A stretch of DNA of 37,722 nucleotides from an uncultured Bacilli bacterium (GTDB lineage Bacteria; Bacillota_I; Bacilli_A; RF39; UBA660), in assembly GCA_947632735.1 (NCBI GenBank), contig CANRQG010000002.1, forward strand, positions 1-37,722. The letters are read 5' to 3'. Positions 7,483 through 16,068 of this stretch are shown here, one piece after another. The notes under the pieces were generated by a model. It had not been told where the DNA came from. It saw only the letters and a program-made list of their open reading frames with translations, and searched no databases. The first letter of the stretch is position 1, and every line of letters starts with the position of its first letter. A program made the position numbers and the translations under genes.

Positions 7483-10400
7483 GAAAAGAATTTTAGGGGT
7501 TGTCATAACTTTATTCCTGGTTTTTGGAATCTTTAATTATGGTGATAATAATATCATCTTTACAGTAAAAGCAGCAGGAAAAAAATGTAATAATATGTGT
7601 GACAGCAATAGTTTTTCTTTAAATGTTCGTCTTAACTCTGATATTTCTAATCAAAATAAAAAGAGTACATATGAGATAAGTACTGCTAGAGGAATATTTT
7701 CTTTAGTTAGTGTTTCTAAAGAAAATGACGCCGTTGCAATAGAAAAAAGTGGAGCTAGGCAAGGACTTTACGTAATTACTCCTGACTTAATAAATGCTGC
7801 TAGTGGATGGGTACGTTCTTACCATTTTGTTCCAAATCCTAATGTGGCCGGAGCCACAATGGAAGAAAATACTACTGATTTACAACCAGGTAGTCCAATT
7901 TTTATAGAATTAGCAGATGTCGAAGCAGATAATGTTATTTTAGCATTTAAATTAAAAGATAATCCAGGTATTAACGGATGTGATCTTAACTGTACAGATA
8001 AAGACAATAATAAATATACGACTGAAGTAGAAATGAATGTTGCTTTAACAATGAATAATGTTTTGGTAAAGGTTGCTAAACCTAAAACAAAAACTAATAA
8101 AAGATATGATGATGTATGCCGAATAATTAGAGAAGATAGTTCAACTGCACTTAGCATTGCACTTGATAAAAATGATGGATTCAAATTATTAAATATGAAT
8201 GAAGACAGTATAAAAAAGTTAATGAGTAAGCGCTTAGATGATGATGAAGCTAAAAAATACTATGAAGAAAGTGTTCCTTACTGCTTTGATAAAAATGTTT
8301 ACAAAAACTATAGTAAAAAAACTGTTTTAAAGAAAATAAAGCGTGCTATCCAAAATCATTACAATAGAAATGATATCCTTAGTGCTGCTACATTAGATCC
8401 AAACTCAGCATTTGATCGTGCCTTTATTGATTCAAAGTATAGGGCTGGCGGTGTTGTAGATAAAAAAACTGGTGCTAATAGTAAAGCAGCTTGTACATCT
8501 AATGGAAGCCTAAATTCTGATCAACAAGCAAATTCTTGTGTTGAGATAAAGGGAGATTCATTTAGTGCGAGCGATATTAGGAGTTTAAAATGTGATGCTA
8601 ATTCATCAGAAGAATATAGAATAGGTGATGGAAATGGTAGCACTACTTACAACTTTTCAAACCTAAAATCATATTATACATATTCTAAAGAACCTGTGAC
8701 AGTTCAATATAAAAAATATAAAACTGGTAGCGATGCAGATTTTAATTGTAAAGCCAGTGGAAGAGATGATTGTAATTCAAGTGTAAGTAATTGGAATACG
8801 GCAACAGTATGTACTAGAACTTGTGAAGAAGCTGTTGATGTTGAATATGGTCCTCCAGTTGCCACTAAAGCAGGACTATGTTATGAATATAGAGTTAGAG
8901 TAACAAGCAGAATAAAATGTTATTCAGAAATTAACCCAGATGGTGGACCTAACGAGGATATCCCAGTTACAACACCAGTACCTTTCTGTATGCACGTTGC
9001 ACAAAAAGGATCAATAAGTTTTGCAGGACCTAATGAAAAATATGAGAAATGTATAAAAGAATGTGATAATGGTGAATATACACAAAAGTGTAGTAAGAAA
9101 TGCTACAACCAAGTATATGCGAGTGGAAATCGTAAATTAACTGTTGATTATGAAACTGATGCTACAAAGATGTTTGCAATAGATACTTTAAAAAAGAATG
9201 AATTTGTTGGCGTAAACAATACAAAATATAATGCTTGGAATGAAGATAATAACCCACATTACATAAATGATGGTGGACACATAACTTACATTGGTGCTTA
9301 TGCTAGATGGTACAAGGAAAATAAAGAAGGTAGAATTAATTCAACACACGGTAAAGTAAATGGATATGGCTATTTCCTTACTGAAGGAGTAGCAAGAAAG
9401 ATATATGATGTATCAAATGACTACTGTTCAGCTAATTGTGACTATGTTGGTGACAGTAATGGTTTTTATAATGATGAAGATGTTGAATATACTATAAAGA
9501 AAAACCAAGAATTATATGAGAATAAACTAGATGAATGTTCTGCTTTGGCAACTTGTACTAGTAAGACAGCAGAGTTTAAAATGACTACAAATTATAATAA
9601 TGGTTCAACTGATGTAACTATTGAATATCCTTCAAGTGGCAACAGTAAGGTTACTTCTGAAAAGGATAATATGCCTGCACAGTATCCAACATTAAAAGGT
9701 TGCAAAACTGGAAAAGATTGTGCTACAGATAGTGTAATTTTCGATTACGACGGATGTTATAGAACTCCAGACAACCCTGACTCTACAAAATATAAAGAAG
9801 GAGACAAATTCTATCAAACTGAAATAACTTATCCAGGTACTTGGATAAAAGCTAAGACCCAAGAAATATCTTATACAACTAAAGGTGATGGCTGGTATAA
9901 ACAAAATGAAAAATTCTGTTTGCCATTAAATGCTCAAGATGTTAACCAAAACTGGTGGATATGGCGAATGAATAAAACCGCAACTAAAGGTAATTATTAC
10001 TTTGAGGATAGCACTGGAAAAGATAATAAGTGTACAGTAATTGACACTAATGCTCAAAATACTACTTATGACCAATATTCAAATAGTGCAGCCATAGACT
10101 ATAATATTCACGCTATAATAAAGAGCTTTGGTCATTATGGCTGGAACTTCAACGTTGATTGCTTCTATGCCTTAAATGAAAAAGCAACTAAAGTAACTAA
10201 CAGTAGTGATAATGCTAATGCTTGTAAGACAGAGCCTAAAGTTAGATCAGTTGACCTTTCAAATCTATTCCCAAGTGAAGGATCTAACAATGCTGATGCT
10301 GCTCCAGACGCTACTAAGACAGGTAGAACACCAGGCTTCAACTGGACATCAGCCGCATCTATTTCACCAACAAAAGCAACAACAAATACTGGTACAAAAA

Positions 10401-10765
10401 ATTACGCTGTTGACCCTAGCAAATTAATTACCGCTATTCAAACACGTAAAGAAACAATCTTTGATGAAAAGAATGAAAACACTTATCTAGATTATTCTTT
10501 CCACTTAGACCAAAGTGTTCTTAGTGCAATAAGAAAATACAACCAAGGAAAGTCATATACAACCTTCAATGGTCGTTTCAATACAAGTACTACTCAGGGT
10601 GATGGTGTTAATAAATACGGACTTATAACTTACGAAAGTAACTTGTTCTATCACAGCGATGGCTATGGTGGCGATGCTATAGGTCAAAAATACGTCAAAG
10701 CAACAGGAAATATTGGTTGCAACAACGATGGTGTTGGTTCAAACTGTGAAATATTTTCTGATTAA
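7463..10765 (+). CDS. large secreted cysteine-rich protein of unknown function (about 1100 aa)
   Basis: ATG 7463 sits 7 nt after AAAGGTGGA, and the ORF-track GTG 7451 is less likely. The 5' end overlaps the sortase gene by 20 nt. It has a signal peptide (KKRILGVVITLFLVFGIF...VKA). I counted about 33 Cys by hand, many in CxxxC or Cx5-8C pairs. There is no C-terminal sorting signal or TM, and I recognised no family. Confidence 0.75.
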   Translation: MKMKKYKKRILGVVITLFLVFGIFNYGDNNIIFTVKAAGKKCNNMCDSNSFSLNVRLNSDISNQNKKSTYEISTARGIFSLVSVSKENDAVAIEKSGARQGLYVITPDLINAASGWVRSYHFVPNPNVAGATMEENTTDLQPGSPIFIELADVEADNVILAFKLKDNPGINGCDLNCTDKDNNKYTTEVEMNVALTMNNVLVKVAKPKTKTNKRYDDVCRIIREDSSTALSIALDKNDGFKLLNMNEDSIKKLMSKRLDDDEAKKYYEESVPYCFDKNVYKNYSKKTVLKKIKRAIQNHYNRNDILSAATLDPNSAFDRAFIDSKYRAGGVVDKKTGANSKAACTSNGSLNSDQQANSCVEIKGDSFSASDIRSLKCDANSSEEYRIGDGNGSTTYNFSNLKSYYTYSKEPVTVQYKKYKTGSDADFNCKASGRDDCNSSVSNWNTATVCTRTCEEAVDVEYGPPVATKAGLCYEYRVRVTSRIKCYSEINPDGGPNEDIPVTTPVPFCMHVAQKGSISFAGPNEKYEKCIKECDNGEYTQKCSKKCYNQVYASGNRKLTVDYETDATKMFAIDTLKKNEFVGVNNTKYNAWNEDNNPHYINDGGHITYIGAYARWYKENKEGRINSTHGKVNGYGYFLTEGVARKIYDVSNDYCSANCDYVGDSNGFYNDEDVEYTIKKNQELYENKLDECSALATCTSKTAEFKMTTNYNNGSTDVTIEYPSSGNSKVTSEKDNMPAQYPTLKGCKTGKDCATDSVIFDYDGCYRTPDNPDSTKYKEGDKFYQTEITYPGTWIKAKTQEISYTTKGDGWYKQNEKFCLPLNAQDVNQNWWIWRMNKTATKGNYYFEDSTGKDNKCTVIDTNAQNTTYDQYSNSAAIDYNIHAIIKSFGHYGWNFNVDCFYALNEKATKVTNSSDNANACKTEPKVRSVDLSNLFPSEGSNNADAAPDATKTGRTPGFNWTSAASISPTKATTNTGTKNYAVDPSKLITAIQTRKETIFDEKNENTYLDYSFHLDQSVLSAIRKYNQGKSYTTFNGRFNTSTTQGDGVNKYGLITYESNLFYHSDGYGGDAIGQKYVKATGNIGCNNDGVGSNCEIFSD

Positions 10766-10789
10766 TAAATAAGGAGGTAATGGTAAGAT

Positions 10790-11269
10790 ATGAATAAAGG
10801 AATGTTAACTGTAGGTATCATAATTTTAGCATTAATTGCGTTATTACTATTCAATGTACTTAATAATTATAGTACCGGTGGAGAATTAGATTATTACTTA
10901 TTAAAAGAAACAACCCAAGCAGCTATGATGGACGCCATTGATAAAACATACGAAAGAGATCAGGGCTTAACAAGAATGGACAAAGAGAAGTTCATTGAGA
11001 ACTTCCTTCGTCGCTTTGCCGATGGTGTTGATAATACTAGAACTTACGATATAAAATTCTATGATATCAACGAAATACCACCAAAAGTAAGTATCAAAGT
11101 AAACTCAGATACTGTCCTAAGTTTTGATGGTCAAGCTGCTCAAATTGATACCAGAATAAGTTCAATTGTTGAAGACTCTAACAAAGACGACCCTCTAATT
11201 GAAAGCAGCCTTAAAGACCCTAACAACGATATAGGTAAATCAATGGGTACAAAGAATACTGATAAATAA
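10790..11269 (+). CDS. small membrane-anchored protein, possible pseudopilin-like component
   Basis: 159 aa. MNKG is followed directly by a ~20-residue hydrophobic helix (a Gly-hydrophobic junction as in prepilins), then a soluble domain. It lies immediately upstream of the CpaB-like gene. AAGGAGG is present upstream. Confidence 0.35.
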   Translation: MNKGMLTVGIIILALIALLLFNVLNNYSTGGELDYYLLKETTQAAMMDAIDKTYERDQGLTRMDKEKFIENFLRRFADGVDNTRTYDIKFYDINEIPPKVSIKVNSDTVLSFDGQAAQIDTRISSIVEDSNKDDPLIESSLKDPNNDIGKSMGTKNTDK

Positions 11270-11289
11270 AAAGAAAGAAGGGAATTATA

Positions 11290-12105
11290 ATGGGAAATTT
11301 AGGAAACAGTTTAAAAAAATTTATGCAAAATAAAAACACTGTTACTGTAGTTGGTGTAATACTGGCAATTGTTGTTTTATACGTAGCCTATAATATGCGT
11401 GTAAAATCAGCAATTAACCCAATTAGTGTACCCTATGCACTAGAGCAAATTGGTCCAGCTACCCAGATAACAGCCGATAAAGTTGGAACAAAACAAATCC
11501 CACCATCTATGCTTGATGGTGCTGATGTAATTACTAATATTGGTGCTGTAATCGATAAGTATTCTAGAGAAGATACAATTATTCCAAAAGGTAGTTTGTT
11601 TTATAACGCTACCGTTGTCGAAAAAGAGCAACTAAGAACTAATATTATACTTGATTATCCAAAAGGCTATGTTCTATACAACTTAGCAGTAGACAATAAC
11701 TCAACTTATGGTAATTCCGTATATCCAGGTAACTATGTTGATTTATACCTAAGAATTACCCATCGAGTTGTTGATGCTAGTCAAGCAACTGAACAAGATA
11801 ATGCAATAATGTTTGGTAAATTAGTATCTAATATCAAAGTTTTAGCTGTTAAAGACTCTAATGGCGATGCTGTCTTCTCTAACTTAGACGAAGCTAAAAC
11901 ACCATCAATGATTATCTTTGCTGTACCTGAAGAATACTACATATTGCTAAAAAAATCAGAATATCTACAAACCTTTAGTTCAGCATTAGTTCTAGTCCCA
12001 ACAAACGAAAGCTTAAAAGATAATCCAGGTGAACTAGAAATTAGTAGTGAACAATTAAAACAAAGAATTAATGAACTTACATATTGGGATGAATCAATGT
12101 CCTAA
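11290..12105 (+). CDS. Flp pilus assembly protein CpaB/RcpC-like (SAF-domain)
   Basis: 271 aa with an N-terminal TM. The SAF-like stretch is QITADKVGTKQIPPSMLDGADVITNIGAVIDKYSREDTIIPKGSLF. It is followed by VYPGNYVDLYLRI and NIKVLAV, matching the CpaB pattern (PGdxVDv ... VLAv) from memory. Confidence 0.6.
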   Translation: MGNLGNSLKKFMQNKNTVTVVGVILAIVVLYVAYNMRVKSAINPISVPYALEQIGPATQITADKVGTKQIPPSMLDGADVITNIGAVIDKYSREDTIIPKGSLFYNATVVEKEQLRTNIILDYPKGYVLYNLAVDNNSTYGNSVYPGNYVDLYLRITHRVVDASQATEQDNAIMFGKLVSNIKVLAVKDSNGDAVFSNLDEAKTPSMIIFAVPEEYYILLKKSEYLQTFSSALVLVPTNESLKDNPGELEISSEQLKQRINELTYWDESMS

Positions 12106-12133
12106 GATTTTATAGAATAAAAAGGGTGATATA

Positions 12134-13600
12134 ATGAACGAAAATATTTTTGACAAATTAGACTTTGGACCATTAAGATCCTTACTTGATAATGACGATA
12201 TAACCGATATATCTTATGATAACGGTGGCCAAATATGGATTCGTTCATTACAACAAGGGTCAATGCGAGTAGAAGTTGAAGGCGCAACCCCTGAATTTAT
12301 CGAAAAACTAGCCTTTCAGTGCTCAAACGTTATGGGAACAACATTTAATAATGCTAAACCTTTCCTAGATGCTGAATCAGCTGAATTGCGTCTTAACTTT
12401 GTACATCCATCTATCGCAACTAATGGAATAGCCTTAGTTATTCGTAAAACTCCAGCTAAGATTCGACTTGAAAAAGAAAAACTAATTAACGAAGATTATT
12501 TTACCAATGATATTCACGACTTTTTAATAAAATGCGTTGAAGGTCACTGTAATATAATGGTTGCTGGAGAAACTGGTTCTGGTAAAACTGAGTTTATTAA
12601 ATACCTAGCTAGTCATACCAAAACTAATGAAAAAATTATTACAATAGAAGATACACTAGAGTTGCACTTAGATAAAATATTTCCTCAAAGAGATATCGTC
12701 GCTATGAAAACAAATAACGTTGCCAGTTATTCCGATGTTTTAGTAACCTGTATGCGACAAAATCCTAAGTGGATACTTCTATCAGAAGTTCGTAGTGCCG
12801 AAGCTGTTTCAGCCGTTCGTAACTCTATATCATCAGGACACAATATCTTGTCAACAATTCACGCCGATAAAGCATCCGCTATACCATATCGTTTGTATTC
12901 CTTAATGGAAACCGACTTGGATGTTAATCAGTTCTTATCGACAATATATCGTTATATTCAAATAGGTGTTCATATCAAAGCTTTTTATAGCAAAGAATAT
13001 GGTAAGTTCCACCGTGAAATCGATGAAGTATGTGAATTCTTTGTTGATGATAACAATGTTCCTCAAGCACGTGTGATATATCAAAAAATATATGGTCAAA
13101 CACCAGCTATGCGAATGCCTAGTGAACATTTAAGAGAATATTTAAGTAATCAAAATATAGATGTTTCTAAAATTGTTGAAAATCTACCAGAAGAGTTCCC
13201 ATTCAAAGAACAAGCTGAAGCTGTAGAATATGAACAATATGATGATGGTAGTGCTCATAGAGAAAATATTGAAGAAAAAAAAGAAACAAATGAAGAGAAT
13301 AATACTGAAGTAGTTCCTACTGAAGAAAATAGTGTTGTAACAGAAGAAAACAATGTAGTAGAAGAAGTAAAAACTGAAATACCTGCTCAAGTAGTTAATA
13401 CTGAAGCCGTCGTACAAACACAACCAGTTCCATCTATAAGCGATAGTATTCCACCTCAGGTAGCTCAAGTACCAGTGCAACCCGTACAACCCGTTGTCAC
13501 TGAAACTCCAGTTCCAACACCTATAGCTACACCTGCACCTACAGCTACTCCTAGTGAAATACCTCAAGTAGTAGTTCCTACTTTACCTAGTACAAATTAG
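12134..13600 (+). CDS. tadA: CpaF/TadA-type (VirB11-superfamily) secretion ATPase with a long low-complexity C-terminal tail
   Basis: 488 aa. Motifs are Walker A GETGSGKTE (nt 12566-12592), ITIEDTLEL, WILLSEVR and the His-box GHNILSTIHA. It is followed by two T2SS-F-like membrane genes. The last ~135 aa are acidic and then P/V/Q/T-rich. Confidence 0.85.
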   Translation: MNENIFDKLDFGPLRSLLDNDDITDISYDNGGQIWIRSLQQGSMRVEVEGATPEFIEKLAFQCSNVMGTTFNNAKPFLDAESAELRLNFVHPSIATNGIALVIRKTPAKIRLEKEKLINEDYFTNDIHDFLIKCVEGHCNIMVAGETGSGKTEFIKYLASHTKTNEKIITIEDTLELHLDKIFPQRDIVAMKTNNVASYSDVLVTCMRQNPKWILLSEVRSAEAVSAVRNSISSGHNILSTIHADKASAIPYRLYSLMETDLDVNQFLSTIYRYIQIGVHIKAFYSKEYGKFHREIDEVCEFFVDDNNVPQARVIYQKIYGQTPAMRMPSEHLREYLSNQNIDVSKIVENLPEEFPFKEQAEAVEYEQYDDGSAHRENIEEKKETNEENNTEVVPTEENSVVTEENNVVEEVKTEIPAQVVNTEAVVQTQPVPSISDSIPPQVAQVPVQPVQPVVTETPVPTPIATPAPTATPSEIPQVVVPTLPSTN

Positions 13601-13619
13601 TAGAAAGGGGTAATGTCCA

Positions 13620-14522
13620 ATGTACATTGAAGAATTATTATTTATAATTTTATTAGTAATTGGAATATATTTATATCGCAATTATAAAGGACAAAATGTT
13701 GGTAAATATGTCGTTAGCCAAGCCCAAGCAATGTATGATAAATTTGCTCCTTATTCCTTTAAAATTGTTCGTGAAAAAACAAAAGAACTAGGTCAAGAAT
13801 ATACCCCAAGACAATATATGATTCAAATTATTGTTATTTCTGGTTTTACTGCCGTAGTAACATATCTATATTTTTATAATTTAGTTATTTCAATAGTATA
13901 TGTCTTAATATCTATGACTTTTGTTCCATATTTAACTTATTTAAGATGTAAAAGAGTCTATAGTGAATTCCTGTTTGAACAAATACAAGTTTATACTTCA
14001 AACGTTATTATGGAGTTTGCAACAACTCAGTCATTCGTTAAAGCCCTTGAAGGTGTCAGAAACTCCGGCGTCCTAGAAGATCCTGTCCTAAGTGATGTTG
14101 ATAAAATGATTAATATGTCTTATGAAAATGGTACAATTGATGAAGCTCTTGACTATATGAGTAAATTATATCCTTACTATATAGTTAAAAATATGCACCA
14201 ATTATTCTTACAAATAACTAAAGAAGGTGCCAGAGATTCTTCAGAATCTCTTGAAAATATGCAAATGGATATCGATATGCTTGTTGAAAGTGTTTATCGT
14301 GACCGTATTGAACGTGCTTCTTTCCATAAAAACTTCTTACAATTTGGTATTATGCTTTATTTAATGGTTATGCTTGTTCAATACCTGTTAGGAAGAGAAA
14401 CTTACTTAGTATTACTCGACCGCTGGTATGTATCGGGACTATTGCACGGCGTGTTGATAGTTAATACATATTTCCTTTTAAAAGGGGAAAAATATTATAA
14501 TGAGAATGTAGGTGCTGAGTAA
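13620..14522 (+). CDS. tadB: TadB-like inner-membrane platform protein (T2SS F family)
   Basis: 300 aa. The topology is N-terminal TM, a TM pair (aa ~65-105), a ~130-aa soluble domain, then two C-terminal TMs. Its position is directly after the ATPase. The call rests on architecture and synteny, not on a sharp motif. Confidence 0.55.
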   Translation: MYIEELLFIILLVIGIYLYRNYKGQNVGKYVVSQAQAMYDKFAPYSFKIVREKTKELGQEYTPRQYMIQIIVISGFTAVVTYLYFYNLVISIVYVLISMTFVPYLTYLRCKRVYSEFLFEQIQVYTSNVIMEFATTQSFVKALEGVRNSGVLEDPVLSDVDKMINMSYENGTIDEALDYMSKLYPYYIVKNMHQLFLQITKEGARDSSESLENMQMDIDMLVESVYRDRIERASFHKNFLQFGIMLYLMVMLVQYLLGRETYLVLLDRWYVSGLLHGVLIVNTYFLLKGEKYYNENVGAE

Positions 14523-15331
14523 TGGAAATAATTATTGTTGGAGCAATTATCTTATTTATTCTTGTTTATAATAATACTATTAATAAGGATAAATTTTTTG
14601 CAGATAATCAAAAATATTTAGAGCTCGTTAGAGAAGAAGATTATACATTCTTAGTTTATGCTAGATATGGTGAAGAGGCTGATGCCGATCAATTATATAT
14701 GAAAAGAGTTACTTATGCCGCTATTATGTTCTTTGTTGTTTTAGCCTTTACAATAAGTTCCTCTAATTCAGCTGATATAATTAATTCACAATTCTTTTTA
14801 AACCTAGTCTTAGCTGCCGTAGTTGCTGTATTGGTTTTTAAGATGCCCTATACTCAACTAAAAAGATATTATAAAGCTCATTTACACGAAATTGACATAA
14901 TGTTGCCATATTACTTAAAAAGCTTAGAAATTTTAATACAACATTATACTGTACCAGTTGCAATAGGTAAATCAATAAATGATGCACCAGATATCTTTAA
15001 GCCAGGACTTCGAAAAATGATTGATAGAATTAATGCTGGTGATTCTACTGTTGACCCTTATATGGAATTTGCCAATACCTATCCAGTTAGAGATTCAATG
15101 CGAATGATGAGACTACTTTATCGTTTAGGAATAGGTTCTCAAGAAAGAAAGCAAGATCGTCTTATGATGTTTGCAAGAACTGTTTCTTCTTTACAAAATA
15201 AAGCTCGTGAAACAAAATATAAAGAAAGACTAAATCATATGGAGAGTCAAACAATGGTAATGCTTGTCGTTACAGGTATTGGTGTTATGTTAATAATACT
15301 AATCTCTATGATGATGATGTTTAGTATGTAA
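14522..15331 (+). CDS. tadC: TadC-like inner-membrane platform protein (T2SS F family)
   Basis: 269 aa. The start overlaps the upstream stop (TAATG at 14520-14524). It has the same TM / soluble-domain / TM architecture as the preceding gene. Confidence 0.5.
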   Translation: MEIIIVGAIILFILVYNNTINKDKFFADNQKYLELVREEDYTFLVYARYGEEADADQLYMKRVTYAAIMFFVVLAFTISSSNSADIINSQFFLNLVLAAVVAVLVFKMPYTQLKRYYKAHLHEIDIMLPYYLKSLEILIQHYTVPVAIGKSINDAPDIFKPGLRKMIDRINAGDSTVDPYMEFANTYPVRDSMRMMRLLYRLGIGSQERKQDRLMMFARTVSSLQNKARETKYKERLNHMESQTMVMLVVTGIGVMLIILISMMMMFSM

Positions 15332-15346
15332 AATAAAAATAAAATG

Positions 15347-15375
15347 TTGTGAAAATCTTTGATATTTGTTATAAT
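15347..15375 (+). promoter_or_regulatory. sigma-A type promoter for the mini-pilin gene
   Basis: TTGTGA (15347-15352), a 17-nt spacer, then TATAAT (15370-15375), about 30 nt upstream of the 15408 ATG. Confidence 0.6.
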
Positions 15376-15407
15376 TATTTTAAGATATTGAAAGGATGTG
15401 AAAGCTA

Positions 15408-15575
15408 ATGAAAGCAGCAACAGGAGAATTAAACTTAACAGTAATTACTCTTATTGCAATAGCAGCAGTAATTGGTTTCTTTTGGATGATGTGGCCAAGT
15501 ATTCAAAATGCAATTAATACTCAATGGGCTAATATCTCTAGTGACCACGGTATGGTAATTGTTGAAAGAAGATAG
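15408..15575 (+). CDS. Flp-like mini-pilin (55 aa), not in the ORF track
   Basis: The sequence is MKAATGELNLTVITLIAIAAVIGFFWMMWPSIQNAINTQWANISSDHGMVIVERR. It has a short polar leader ending in Gly, a ~22-residue hydrophobic helix and a short tail. It sits where flp sits in tad loci (after tadC, before a pseudopilin-like gene). It has an AAAGGA RBS and its own consensus promoter. The Flp GxxxxEY motif is not present. Confidence 0.55.
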   Translation: MKAATGELNLTVITLIAIAAVIGFFWMMWPSIQNAINTQWANISSDHGMVIVERR

Positions 15576-15586
15576 AGGTGGAATAA

Positions 15587-16051
15587 ATGCGTGATGCTTA
15601 TGGTGGAATAGTTAACATAACAATTATTGTCGTTTTTTTAGTCATTGTTTCTGGTTATTTAGCCTTTAATGTTAATTATACTAAAGCCTTCAGATTAAAA
15701 AATAAAATTATTTCCGTTTTAGAGGAATATGAAGGCTCAGGCTATCGAAATAGTCAAAGTACAGCTAGGACAAAAATAAGAGAATATGCTAGTCAAATTG
15801 GTTATAATACCAATAAGCCAAAAGTTGATGGTACTGGCTGGGTTCAAGATGATGTTGGTTACTGCATAAGATTCATTGAAAAAACAGGTAGTAGTGATTC
15901 TATCGTAAATGAACAGACAGTGGGAAAGAAAAGAGGCTATTTTGAAGTTGTTACCCAAATTAATATAAATATTCCAATTATAAATAATATTATGGGGCTA
16001 AGTATATTCCAAGTAAGTGGCTCAACTAATACAATGGATGCCGTTCTCTAA
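15587..16051 (+). CDS. TadE/pseudopilin-like protein
   Basis: 154 aa. MRDAYGG is followed by the ~21-residue hydrophobic helix IVNITIIVVFLVIVSGYLAF, then a soluble domain. It lies directly after the mini-pilin gene. Confidence 0.4.
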   Translation: MRDAYGGIVNITIIVVFLVIVSGYLAFNVNYTKAFRLKNKIISVLEEYEGSGYRNSQSTARTKIREYASQIGYNTNKPKVDGTGWVQDDVGYCIRFIEKTGSSDSIVNEQTVGKKRGYFEVVTQININIPIINNIMGLSIFQVSGSTNTMDAVL

Positions 16052-16068
16052 TGGAAAGGTGAAAAATA

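Noticed and set aside
7819-8184. Antisense 121-aa ORF inside the Cys-rich protein gene (also 7312..7506, 9692..9904, 11440..11631, 12102..12287, 12935..13129)
   Set aside because: These lie entirely within strongly supported + strand genes. They have no RBS and give low-complexity or hydrophobic junk translations. They are typical chance ORFs.
13184-13567. Antisense 127-aa ORF opposite the TadA tail
   Set aside because: It mirrors the repetitive low-complexity coding region. It is rich in Phe, Tyr, Trp and Cys from AT-rich reverse-complement codons and has no start context.
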